From: Felis catus
Lineage: Eukaryota
NCBI RefSeq assembly: GCF_018350175.1
Contig: NC_058377.1
Span: forward strand, 16,492,001-16,556,000
Length of the DNA: 64,000 nt
Direction of reading: 5' to 3'
In this document: in pieces, positions 27,889-43,789 of the stretch
Layout of the letters: each line of letters starts with the position of its first letter
Numbering within the stretch: the stretch's first letter is position 1
Program-made: the position numbers and the translations under genes
Notes under the pieces: model-generated
Databases searched by the model: none
What the model was told of the DNA's origin: nothing
The model's input: the letters and a program-made list of their open reading frames with translations, nothing else

Positions 27889-30601
27889 ATGGCGATTTTT
27901 AGCGTGTACGTGGTGAACAAAGCTGGCGGCCTCATCTACCAGTTGGACAGCTACGCGCCACGGGCCGAGGCTGAGAAAACTTTCAGTTACCCTCTTGATC
28001 TGCTGCTCAAGCTGCACGACGAGCGTGTGCTGGTTGCCTTCGGCCAGCGCGACGGCATCCGGGGTGGGCTAGGATTGCGTCCGATGGGCGGGCCCGGTGC
28101 TGCGGAGTGGGCTGGTGTCTCTGCTGGGCAGTAGGGTGGGGGGAGAGGGGGTGAGGCCGGGTCGCTGGTCCCATCAGCGGAGTCCCCACGCTGGGGCTTC
28201 GTTGACCCTTAGCTTCACCTCTACAGTGGGCCACGCAGTGCTGGCCATCAATGGCGTGGACGTGAACGGCAAGTACACGGCCGATGGGAAGGAGGTGCTG
28301 GAGTACCTGGGCAACCCTGCTAATTACCCGGTGTCCATTCGGTTCGGCCGACCCCGCCTTACCTCCAATGAGAAGCTCATGCTGGCCTCCATGTTTCACT
28401 CGTAAGTCCCCCAACCCTGTCTAGTGCCTTTTGGCCTTCACTTGGCCCTTAGGCTAGCTGGATTAGTGTGGTTTTGCGGGAAGTCTCCTGAGCAGCAGTG
28501 CTTACCTTTGCCTTTTCTTTTTTTTAAGCTTATTTATTTTGAGAGAGCACGTGCAAGCAAGGGAGGGGCAGAAAGAGAGGGAAAGGGTGAATTCCAGGCA
28601 GGCTCTACAGTGTCAGCAGGGAGCCGATGCAGAGCTCGAACCCAGGAGCCAGGAAATTGTGACCTGAGCAGAAACCAAGAGCCGACGCTCAACCAGCTGA
28701 GCCACCCAGGCGCCCCTCTTTGCCTCCTTTTAGGTCATCAGTTCTTGTGTTATGAAAAGAAAAGGAATGAGTCCAGTATAACTAGGCTTTAGATAATACT
28801 GGCAATGGTGTGATCTTGTGTAAGTCAACTTCCCTCAGCTTTAGTTTCTAAGTCTTTAAGGTAACTGAACTAAATGATCTTTAAGACCTTTTCCTGCTCT
28901 CAACTATAGTATGACATATGCTGGATAATTATAGTCATGGGGTAAGTAACCCTGGCGCATATTCCCAGTGTTAATTTCACCCAAAGCTTTCAAGGTAAAA
29001 TGCTTTACAGCAGAGTAGGAGTGTAAACTACATGCAAAGTTCAAATGAATTTCAAAGAAATTTCGGTGCTTCTGCTAGGCAATTGAGGAAGCTGCCTCTT
29101 CCTTTTTTTTTTTTTTTTTTTAATGTTTGTTTTATATTTGAGAGAGAGAGAGCTCCCAAGCAAGAGAGGGAGGGCAGAGAGAGGGGAGACACAATCTGAA
29201 GCAGGCTCCAGGCTGAGCTGTCAGCACAGAACCTGACCCGGGGCTCAAACTCACAAACCATCACACTTACTCTTCTGACCTCTCAGAGTGTAATGTAGAC
29301 TCCTCAGCAGCTAGGGTTACTTCAGTGGAAAAGTTTGAGCAGCACCCCTCCCTTAAAACAGTGGGGTGCATTCCCAACCTTACCTCCTTTGCAAATAGGC
29401 TGTTCGCAATCGGTTCCCAGCTGTCTCCAGAACAGGGCAGCTCAGGCATTGAGATGCTGGAGACCGACACGTTCAAACTGCACTGTTTCCAGACACTGAC
29501 AGGTATGCGTCTTCAGATAGGCCAAAGGGATGCACTGAGGGCTGGTTGGGGGAAGGGACTGACCAGAGACAACTTTGGTAAGCAAGGGGGTGGTGGTTAG
29601 CTTTTCCTGGGACAATTGCACAGACACGTCTGTTTTGCAACTCCAAAACCAATATTTAATCTGATGCCAGTTTTGCCCACACCACCCAGCACGCTCGGCC
29701 ATGGTTCTCTTGCATGCAGATAAAACCTTAATGTTGCACATGTTTTGGTAAGTGTTTCCAAATGAAACTTGAATGCCAAATGGAAATGACCTTTGGATCA
29801 TGTCATTGCCTCACTCCCTTAATGGGGATAATTGAAAACCTCCTGAATTTGTTTCCTGCCTGGCACTTGCTGCCGAGGGACCACGTGACTAGGAATTAAG
29901 TGACAGAGCTAGAAATCAAAGCTTGGTCTCAATCAGTTGGGTGATGTGATAAAGTCATGTTACTGCTCTGGTCTTACAGATCCACAGTCTTGGTTTTCCT
30001 GCTTTACGGAGCAATAGGATAAAAGTAAAAATGGGCTTATGAAAATGCTACACACACACAGGATGATGTTATTTGCTTTTCTCCACTCTTTGGTAACCAT
30101 TCCTGGCCCTTCTCCAGGGATCAAGTTTGTGGTACTGGCAGATCCCAGGCAAGCTGGAATAGATTCTCTTCTCCGAAAGATTTATGAGATTTACTCAGAC
30201 TTTGCCCTCAAGAATCCATTCTACTCCCTGGAAATGCCTATCAGGTAGGTAGTCGCCCTCCCCAGATATTGGTCAAAGCGTCCTTGCCCTTCTCTTTGTG
30301 CTCTTCCCCAAAGATATTTTTCAAAAGTGTAAGAGTTATTTTTCAAATAAAACAAAAGTGACTAGCCTTTTCTTGCTATTTTGAGAGACTAAAGACTTTC
30401 CTATGGGGTTCATATCCTTCTTCATGGAAGAGTTTCCACTGGCTCTACCTCGGCACCCAAAGTGGGGAAGAGTCTGAGACTTTACACTTTGTCCTCATCT
30501 GTGCCACTTGGGTCTGGCCTAGGTGTGAGCTGTTTGACCAGAACCTGAAGTTAGCCCTGGAGGTGGCAGAGAAGGCTGGAACTTTTGGACCTGGGTCATA
30601 G
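27889..30601 (+). CDS. TRAPPC4: Trafficking protein particle complex subunit 4 (synbindin/Trs23), 219 aa
   Basis: Exons 27889-28063, 28227-28401, 29399-29502, 30118-30244, 30523-30601, total 660 nt. Protein [18 protein letters not shown]...[29 protein letters not shown] at 30845-30850. Confidence 0.97.
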
Positions 30602-32296
30602 GCTGAGCCTGCAATGGATCTCCCAAATTTTGAGAGATCCTGCAGCAGGAAGTCTGCTGTATCCACTCCGATGGAGATCCTCACAGCTTCCTTAGTGCAC
30701 TTGACAATGGGAGGGTGCAGAGCCTGATGACACATACTGATCCCTGAGCCTTAATACTGCTCTCTGCCCTCCCGTGTCTATCGTGGGCCTATTTCCCAAC
30801 TCTGTACAGACTTATTTATGGAGGGAGTAGGTCCATAAATGCTAAATAAACATTCCTTTGATCTGTGTTTGCTATCCTAATTGATGGTTTGGGGGGGGAA
30901 GGATCTGGTGGGTAGACAGGAATGAGAAAAGAATTCTGAGATGAGATATGTTCCAATAGAAAAAAATAAGTGTTCATTAAATGAATGAACTTGGGGCTTT
31001 AAGTCAGGACCTTGGTCTAGTTCCAGAATTGCTGATTTCTAGGGTGATGGTGGAATATTTATCAAATGTTTATAGCCAGCCTTTACTGCTTTATCAAACT
31101 TAAACCTCACCCTAATCTCAGGGGGTACATTCTCCTATGGACAAGAGATTTAGCAAGGTACAGACACTCTATGCCTCAGAGTCTCAAAGCTAATTACTAA
31201 CTGCATGAGTTTGAACCCAGGCTTTCTGACTATGCTATCATAAGCCACTGTTCGGAGCGCCTAGGTGGCTCAGTCAGTTGAGTGGCCGACTTCAATTCAG
31301 GTCATGATCTCACAGTTTGTGAGTTCGAGCCCCGTGTCGGGCTCTGTGCTGACAGCCTGGAGCCTGCTTCCGATTCTTGTTTCCCCCTCTTTCTGGCCCT
31401 CTCCTACTCACGCTCTATCTCCTTCTCTCAAAAATAAATAAACATTAAAAAAAAATTATAAGCCACTGTTTACTGATTCCCTCCATCAAAGTATTTAATT
31501 TGTCTGAAACCCAGTAGCTTCATCTCTAAAATAATCATTGAATTATACAGTGTAAAGTTGAAGGCAAAGGAGACATAAGCTAAAAGGAGTATACGTCAGA
31601 TCTCCCATTCCAAGGAAATGAAGTCTGTCCTGTTTGGGGTGGAAAGAGCAAGTAGCAAGAGAATATTTTCCAAGGAAAACTGTCTCTGGTCTGTAATACC
31701 CCTTTTGAAAGAATGGCTCACTGTGTTTAGTATCAAATCTAGTTTTAATCTCTTTATCAAGTCTTCCTCCCTCCCACCCAGGCCCTGGTGTTCCCAGGGT
31801 ATTGGTGAGAGTGATGGCCTCCTCTCTGCCTGGAATCTTGAGGTATTGGCAAGAACAGTCACCGTGTGCTAAGAGGCCTTAGGGCAGAAATCATGGCCCA
31901 TTGGTGCCCTGCAGCTACAGGAGGAGCCTCACCTCTTGTGGGGATGGGGTGGGGTGGAGTGGGGTGGGGGTGGGGCAGGGTCCAGGAGAGGAAGAGGGTA
32001 TTGGAGACTCCCTCACTGTAGGGGTTTCCTGTTTGAAGGCAGGAAATTGGAGCTAATGAAGTCCAAGAACAAAAGTTGTCTTTTAAATAGAGCACAGGAT
32101 GGGGAGCTGGGACCTCATTAGCCACTGATAACTTCCAGCGCCACCTGGGCGAGGGAAAAGGAGCAAAAAAGGCGATCCAAGGTTCATCGGTAGCCGGAGC
32201 AGCCCCACTTTCTTTCTCCCCGCCCCCGCACCTCCCCAGCCCTGTGCAGGGGAAGGTCCACAGGTGGGAGAGGATGCACAGGTGCCTGTACTGTCT

Positions 32297-36857
<4,561 letters not shown>

Positions 36858-36920
36858 TCAGTGACCAGATCTGCTGAGTTAGGCTTTCTCTGTTCCCTCC
36901 TCCACCCAGCCTCCCAGGCT

Positions 36921-36954
36921 CCCTTTATAGCCACCTTCTGGACAATCATTAAGC
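36921..36954 (-). promoter_or_regulatory. SLC37A4 proximal promoter: TATA box and HNF1-like site
   Basis: The minus strand has CTATAAAGG (36930-36922) and GCTTAATGATTGTC (36954-36941), which resembles HNF1 GTTAATNATTAAC, about 153-166 nt upstream of the ATG. HNF1-alpha is a known G6PT activator. Confidence 0.65.
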
Positions 36955-37305
36955 CTGGGGCAGCTCGTAGGGAACCCAGTGTCCTGAGGGAGACAAGAAA
37001 ACAGGAGATTACTGTCGGAGAATCTGTGGGGGCTGGAGGGGGTCCCAGAGGGAGGCACTGCCCATAAGCCAGCACGCTGTGTCCCTAGAATTTCTGCCTT
37101 TCTCCGCTCTTCCTTGTCCGCCTGCCTGTGAAAGCAGCTGTGATTAAAGGCTCAACCTAATTACTTTTGTCTGCCTGAGCCCAGGGGAGGCAGGGGTGGG
37201 ATAAAACAGAGCTGCCCTCTCTAGCCCTGCTCCCTCAGCCACCTACCTTCTCATTCATTCAGCCAAGGTTTACTGGTTGCCAGACACTGCACTAGGTGCT
37301 CAGTT

Positions 37306-37307
<2 letters not shown>

Positions 37308-37348
<41 letters not shown>
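37308..37348. repeat. (CA)n microsatellite
   Basis: About 20 CA units. Confidence 0.9.
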
Positions 37349-37350
<2 letters not shown>

Positions 37351-37589
37351 AGACACATACCCCACTTCCAAGCCTTCTTAGGGCCGCTGACTCAAGCCCT
37401 GTAACTCCCAATGCCTAGCACACATCGGGATGTAGCCGTTTATGGATAGTTGCAGAATTGTTAGCAAGGGGAACTTCCCAGCGCGAGCCCCTGTTGCACT
37501 GGAAGCCCCTGTAAAGCCTGCGGTCATGGTCACTCAGCTGCCTCTGGTCCCTTTACCCTATGACGCCAGTGTGGGGTGCCCTCTGGCTG

Positions 37590-38300
37590 GCTGGGGGCTG
37601 CAGGGCGAGTGACAGCACGACCCGTGGGCGGGAAGGTCCACCCGCGGACTTCAGGCTGCACTGCCGAGCCCGCTAGCGTTCTGGGGCCCCGGCAACACGC
37701 CCCCGGCTTTTCCGCTCGATTAGGAAAGCAATTGGAGCAGAAGGCGTAGGCGAGAGCCGAGCAGGCGACCGCTCATAGTCTCCCGGAGGCTCCTCGCTCC
37801 AGGCGCCTAGTGGCTCAGCCCAGCAGGACGGGGCCAGGCGCAGGCTCTCGGCACCTGCCCAGCCCCGTGTCCTCAAGCTACCCAGGACACCTGACTCGGG
37901 CTGCGAGGCCACAGACCCGGCAGCCGGAGAGGTACGGAGACACCGGACTGGTGCGACAAAAAGAAGCAGGTGCATGCTGGTCCGGAGCAGCGCCTCAGAG
38001 GCCCCCAGACCCAGGAACTAGGAACTGCCCCTCATCCCAGAAGGGGCAGCTGCAGGAACACCTCCGCTTTGAATCGGAAGTTACGGCAACCTTTACTGGG
38101 GCTCTAACAAAGGTGCCCCAAGACCCGAGACTCCCCCTCCAGCCCCGCCTTCAGGCGGCACCCCTCCCCAGCATTTGTCCCGCTACCTGCACGCAGGCGG
38201 GAGCCGGAATAGGACAGAGCCCGGAGGCGGGACCGCATGCGCATGCGCATGCGCTCGCTAGGGGGCGGGGCCTCCGCCTGCGCCTAGCTGGCTGAGAGCC
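37590..38300 (-). promoter_or_regulatory. SLC37A4 distal CpG-island promoter with tandem NRF1-like sites
   Basis: CpG-rich, with CGCATGCGCATGCGCATGCGC at 38234-38254 (overlapping TGCGCATGCGCA motifs) next to a GGGGCGGGG GC box. Confidence 0.65.
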
Positions 38301-39348
38301 AAGTCCACCTCCAAGGGTGTAGTCCAAAGCTGCCCGTAGTACTGGTCCTTGGGTGAGAACAGCGCCCCTTAGGGGCTGGACTCATAGGTCCCTTCTTTAA
38401 CCGATGGCATTCAACATACCAGTTTTTAGTGAGCGCCTCCCACTACCAATCACTGTTCCGGGTTAACAGTCTGGAAAAGGCCTTGTGGAGGGCACAGTCT
38501 TTTCGGTAAGAAATTAAAGCGGTCTTCAATAAATACAGTATGAACATTTGATTTGTAATCAGACTGTTGGGGACAAAGTTAAGACAAAATACACGGGGTG
38601 TTTAAAGTGCCTGGCCAGGAATAAACCTTAAATTCTAATCCTGGACCCACTACATTTTAACAATGCGACCTTGGGTAATAATTTCTATGAACCCCGGTTT
38701 CTTACCAACCTCATAGGTTCATGTGAGGACTCAACAGAAGATTTATTATTATTTTTTAAAGATTTTATTTTTCTAAATATTCTCTAAGTGGGGCCCGAAC
38801 TCACAACTCCAAGATCAAGAGTCACATACTCCACCAGCTGAGCCAGCCAGGAGCCCCTCAACAGAAGATTTAGATTAGAATTTAGAAAATTTAGGTAATC
38901 GCTTTCACAGACTACTGGAGAATTGCTGAAAGAATTCTAAGTGTTCCAAAGTTGACAGCAAAGATCTTTTAGATTAGGAAGGTGATCAGGGAAGGGAGGA
39001 GAAGCCTGCAATCAGCCACCACCAGTGCCACTCCAGAATGCCTCATGAAAGCTCTTATTTTATTTTTATTGTGTTAACGTGTATTCATTTTTTGAGAGAC
39101 AGAGAGAGCACAAGTGAGGGAGGGGCAGAGATAGAGGGAGACACAGAATCTGAAGCAGGCTCCAGGCTCTGAGCTGTCAGCACAGAGCCCAACACAGGGC
39201 TCAGACTCACAAACTGTGAGATCATGACCTGAGCCAAAGTCAGATGTGCAACCGACTGAGCCGCCCAGGTGCCCCTTGATTGGATTCTGATGAGAATCGT
39301 GGGTGGGTTCGGTATTTCCCCTCATTTCCGGTCTGGGTACCCAGAACA

Positions 39349-39587
39349 ATGAATGCAGCCAGGGATTCCCATGAGCAGAAAGATGAAGCATTCAGCCTCC
39401 CAGATGACAATCTTGGATCTAGCAATTGGGAGGCAGCCGATTTAGGAGAAGATAAAAGTAATGAAGAACTGGGAGTCTTAATATCAGCAAAGTACGGATA
39501 GTAAACTATCAGAAAGATATTGAGGATATTGTAGACTTGGCTTTAGTGAGGTAGGAGGATCATGGCGCAGAAGGTAATATGGCTGGA

Positions 39588-39633
<46 letters not shown>

Positions 39634-39740
39634 CACCTGATTCTGAAAGTCCAAATGACTCTGAAAGTGGTTCACAGAGAAAGAAGAATCTGCTGAAGAA
39701 CTCCAAGCTAACTGAGCACCCGGATGAAGTGAAGGATCCC
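39349..39740 (+). pseudogene. C11orf58: Processed pseudogene of small acidic protein C11orf58/SMAP (coding remnant)
   Basis: Intronless and frameshifted: MNAARDSH...PDDNLGSSNWEAADLG / EDKSNEEL...DSKLS...LGFSEV...GDDDDDDD...SPDSESP...EESAEELQA...EHPDEVKDP. It has an internal deletion and in-frame stops. Confidence 0.85.
39588..39632 (+). repeat. (GAT)n trinucleotide repeat (poly-Asp tract of the C11orf58 retrocopy)
   Basis: About 15 GAT units inside the pseudogene. Confidence 0.9.
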
Positions 39741-41695
39741 CAACAAAACTAAAAGATAACCTACTCAATGGGAGAAGATATTTGCAAATGACATATCCAA
39801 TACAGTGTTAGTATCCAAAATATATAAAGATACTTTATATAAACTCAACACCACAAAGCAAATAATCCAATTAAAAATGGTTGGAAGAGGGATGCCTGGC
39901 TGGCTCAGTCAGTAGAGCATGCAACTCTTGATCTCAAGGTTGTGAGTTCAAGCCCCACATTGGGTACAGAGATTACTCAAANNNNNNNNNNNNNNNNNNN
40001 NNNNNNNNNNNNNNNNNNNNNNNNNNNNNNNNNNNNNNNNNNNNNNNNNNNNNNNNNNNNNNNNNNNNNNNNNNNNNNNNNNNNNNNNNNNNNNNNNNNN
40101 NNNNNNNNNNNNNNNNNNNNNNNNNNNNNTCAGTCGGTTAAGCATCTGACTCTTGGTCTCGGCTCAGGTCATGACCTCACAGTTCATGAGTTCCAGCCCC
40201 GTGTCGGGCTCTGCTCTGACAGTGTAGAGATTGTCCCTTCTTGGGATTCTCTCTCTCTCACTCTGCCCCTCCCCCACGTGCACTCTCTCTAAATAAATAA
40301 ATAAACTTAAAAAAAATGAGATATCACATCACACCTGCAGAATGACTAAAANNNNNNNNNNNNNNNNNNNNNNNNNNNNNNNNNNNNNNNNNNNNNNNNN
40401 NNNNNNNNNNNNNNNNNNNNNNNNNNNNNNNNNNNNNNNNNNNNNNNNNNNNNNNNNNNNNNNNNNNNNNNNNNNNNNNNNNNNNNNNNNNNNNNNNNNN
40501 NNNNNNNNNNNNNNNNNNNNNNNNNNNNNNNNNNNNNNNAAAAGATATATGTACCTCTATGTTTATTGCAGCATTATTTACAACAGTCAAATCATGGAAA
40601 TAGCCTGATTGTCCATCAATACGTGAATGGATAAAGAAGATGTGATAGAGTCACCTGGGTGGCTCAGTTGGTTGAGCGTCTGGCTCTTGATCTCTGTTCA
40701 GGTCACGGTCTCATGGTCATGGGATCAAGCCCTGTGTCGGGCTCCACGCTGATGGCTGGAGCTGCTTGGGATTCTCTTTCTCTCTGTCTCTCTCAAAATA
40801 AATAATAAACATTAAAAAAAAGAGAGAGAGATGTGGTGTGTGTGTGTGTGTGTGTGTGTAACTCAGCCATAAAAAAGAGTAAAGTCTTGCCATTTGCAAC
40901 ACCATGGATCGATCTAGAGAGTATAATGCTACGTGATATAAATCAGAGAAAGACAAATACCACATGATTTCATTCATATGTGGAATTTAAGAAACAAAAC
41001 AAGGGGCGCCTGGGTGGCGCAGTCGGTTAAGCGTCCGACTTCAGCCAGGTCACGATCTCGCACTCCGTGAGTTCAAGCCCCGCGTCAGGCTCTGGGCTGA
41101 TGGCTCAGAGCCTGGAGCCTGTTTCCGATTCTGTGTCTCCCTCTCTCTCTGCCCCTCCCCTGTTCATGCTCTGTCTCTCTCTGTCCCAAAAATAAATAAA
41201 CGTTGAAAAAAAATTTTTTTTTAAAAAAAAGAAACAAAACAAAGGAACAAAGAAAAAGGAGACAAACCCAAAAACAGGCTGTTAACCATAGAGAACAAAT
41301 TGGCAGCTGCCAGAGGGGAGGTGGGTGAAGGATGAGTAAAATAAATGAAAGGGATTAAGAAGGTTCTTATGATGGGGTGCCTGGGTGGCTCAGTGGGTTA
41401 AGCGTCCAGCTCTTGCATTTGGCTCAGGTCATGATCTCATGGTTCGAGGGATCAAGCCCTGTGTTGGGCTCTGTGCTGGCAGGGAAGAGGCTGCTTGGGA
41501 TTCTCTCTCTCTGCCCCTCCCCCATGCATGTGCGCTCTCTCTGTCTCAAATAAACTTACAAAAAAAAGTATACCTATCGTGATGAGCACTGAATAATGTA
41601 TAGATATAGAACGGTTGAATCACTCTATTGTACACCTGAAACTAATATAACGCTGTATGTTAACTATACTGGAATCAAAATGAATATAAATAAAA
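39741..41695 (+). mobile_element. LINE-1 3' fragment carrying several nested SINEs
   Basis: NKTK...WEKIFANDIS ORF2 remnant, and a 3' end GTACACCTGAAACTAATATAAC typical of carnivore L1. Confidence 0.8.
41003..41230 (+). mobile_element. Young felid SINE nested in an L1, with TSD
   Basis: Intact CpGs, and direct repeat AAGAAACAAAACAA on both sides. Confidence 0.9.
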
Positions 41696-42667
41696 GCCTT
41701 ATTATAATGGACAGTGGGGGACTATACAGCACAGACTTTTACATTATAATTATTTAAAAGAGTGCCTGCAGATACTGTGGGTTACACTTGTATGGGTATG
41801 ACTATCACCATTTTGACAGAGTAAGGGTTGTAGAAGATAATAAATACAATACTCAATTTTCTTTCTTATTGGCACCATCAAACTTCTTTGTTATTAAAAA
41901 ATGTCTAAGTTTATTTATTTTGAGAGAGATAGAGACAGCATGAGTAGGGGGGAGGGAGGGGGAGCAGAGAGAATCCCAAGCAGGCTCCATACCATCATGC
42001 AGAGCCTGATGTGGGGCTCGAACCCACGACACCGTGAGGTCATGACCTGAGATGAGACCAAGAGCCTGCTGCTTAACCCACTGAGCCACCCAGGTACCCC
42101 AGCACCGTCAAATTTCCAATCCCATCCTTTTACAACCTTTCAATTACAGTTACAGGGAGGGCATTTTATAGTTCGTGGTAACTGTTTCGCCTTTTTTGTT
42201 CCTGTATATTTTTCTCTTATAAAATCTTATCTGATACTGTGATATGTTCATGAAAAATATTCTTGTATTATTCTTTGTAACAGTAGTACTATTCATCATG
42301 GATATTTCTCCTGCCAATAGCAATCTAAATTATTGTTGGCATAAGATTAGGTACTGGCCTTTGAACCAAAGCAACACGAAAGGAAATACTTTCACATCTG
42401 TTAGGATGGGATGGCAACTGTCATACATTTGGAATGTTATGATCCCAAGCAATCTTTACATAATATGAATTACATAGTATATTATATTTTTCATGAAACT
42501 TGGCCCGATTGGACATAAAAAAAAATTACTTCTCTGATCAATTGGTCTTCTATATGTAAAACTGGATTTTTTAAAAAGGGAATATGTGACCAAAGTTAAT
42601 TTTCTTCCTAAGGCCTAGATAAAGAGAAAGCAGTTTCCCATTTTTAAAAAAGAAGAGAAAAAAAAAA
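41692..42667 (+). pseudogene. Probable 3'UTR remainder of the C11orf58 retrocopy, ending in an A-rich tail
   Basis: AT-rich unique sequence after the L1 that resembles the recalled C11orf58 3'UTR, interrupted by one SINE. A-rich tract at about 42646-42667. Confidence 0.45.
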
Positions 42668-42944
42668 TCTTTCATGGCTAATATTTTTCAGGAGTCTAGG
42701 TCAGTTGTTTTACAGGATGTCCCTCGATATTTGTCCAACTATTTTTGCGATGATTATATTAATTTTGGGAGAAGTACTGTATAGATGATGATGTGTGTAC
42801 CACATCGGGAGGCTTGGGATAAGTTTGATCATTTAGTTAAAATGGTGTCCGCCTGATTTCTTTATTGTCAAGTGTATCTCTTTGTAATTAGTAATCTGTG
42901 GGTCCATACTTTGGTACTGCCTCATCAACCTTCATCTGTGGGCC

Positions 42945-43745
42945 TACCTGACTCCTCTCCAGGCTTCAGTTTCTTCCAACATCTGATCAACGTCCATAGC
43001 CAACCTTCAGAACCATCTTCACACCACACCCTGCCTCCGGGACCAGCCAACACCTGCTTTTGAGATTAGCCCCTTGTGGTCGACCAGCTACTGAGCTCCC
43101 AGATTTGCCAGAATTATTCCACCCACTTGGCCTGCCGCCTAATCAACCTGCGTCTGCGGGCCTCCTACCCTACCTCCCTCCCAGCTTCTATTTCCGCCGC
43201 GACGGTGTGGCTCTGGACGGCTGGGGCATTTCCTCCGCCAGTGGGCGGAGGACCAGCGTCAAGGCACTGGGAGCCCCTCGATGCCAACCCCGCACCGCGG
43301 CTGTGCCGTCTTCCAGGACGAGCAGAAGCCTCCCAAGACTGACAGGGCCAAGCCCTGAACTCAGTGGAAGCCGCCCCAGCCCAGGAGAAAACCCCGAAGC
43401 AGGCCCTTCTGGATCTGCAAGCCCCGCCCACACACACTCTGGGTCTTGCCGGAAAACCGGCTCCTAGAGGAGCAGGTGAACCTCGCCAGGAAGATGGGGT
43501 GCACCTGCCTGAGCTCCGGGGGCCGGGCTGCGCAGCGCCTCTTCCAGAGACTCACCCTCCTGTCCCCTAGCAGCCTCCGGAGCCCACGGCTTTTGAGGGG
43601 CCCTTTTGCACCCCCTGGTGTGGGGGCTTCTGCCAGAGCCTCTACCCGCAGCCCCTAGGCAGCTTTTTAACCACCCTGCAGCCCTCTCCCAAGCCCTAGG
43701 CCAGATAGAAGCAATAATGCTTTTTGCAGGAAAAAAAAAAAAAAA
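42945..43745 (+). pseudogene. FTL: Processed pseudogene of ferritin light chain
   Basis: The start codon is mutated (CTG at 43091). Fragments SSQICQNYST, LINLRLRASY, FYFRRDGVALDG, EK..KQALLDLQA, LEEQVNLARKMG and LFQRLTL* (TAG 43568-43570) align with FTL. The 5'UTR and 3'UTR are FTL-like, poly(A) at 43731-43745, multiple frameshifts. Confidence 0.88.
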
Positions 43746-43789
43746 TCTTTATTGGACGGTTCCTGGTTAGTGTATAAAAAAACACAAGT

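Noticed and set aside
39484-39768. Poly-His ORF on the minus strand
   Set aside because: It is the antisense reading of the (GAT)n tract in the C11orf58 pseudogene.
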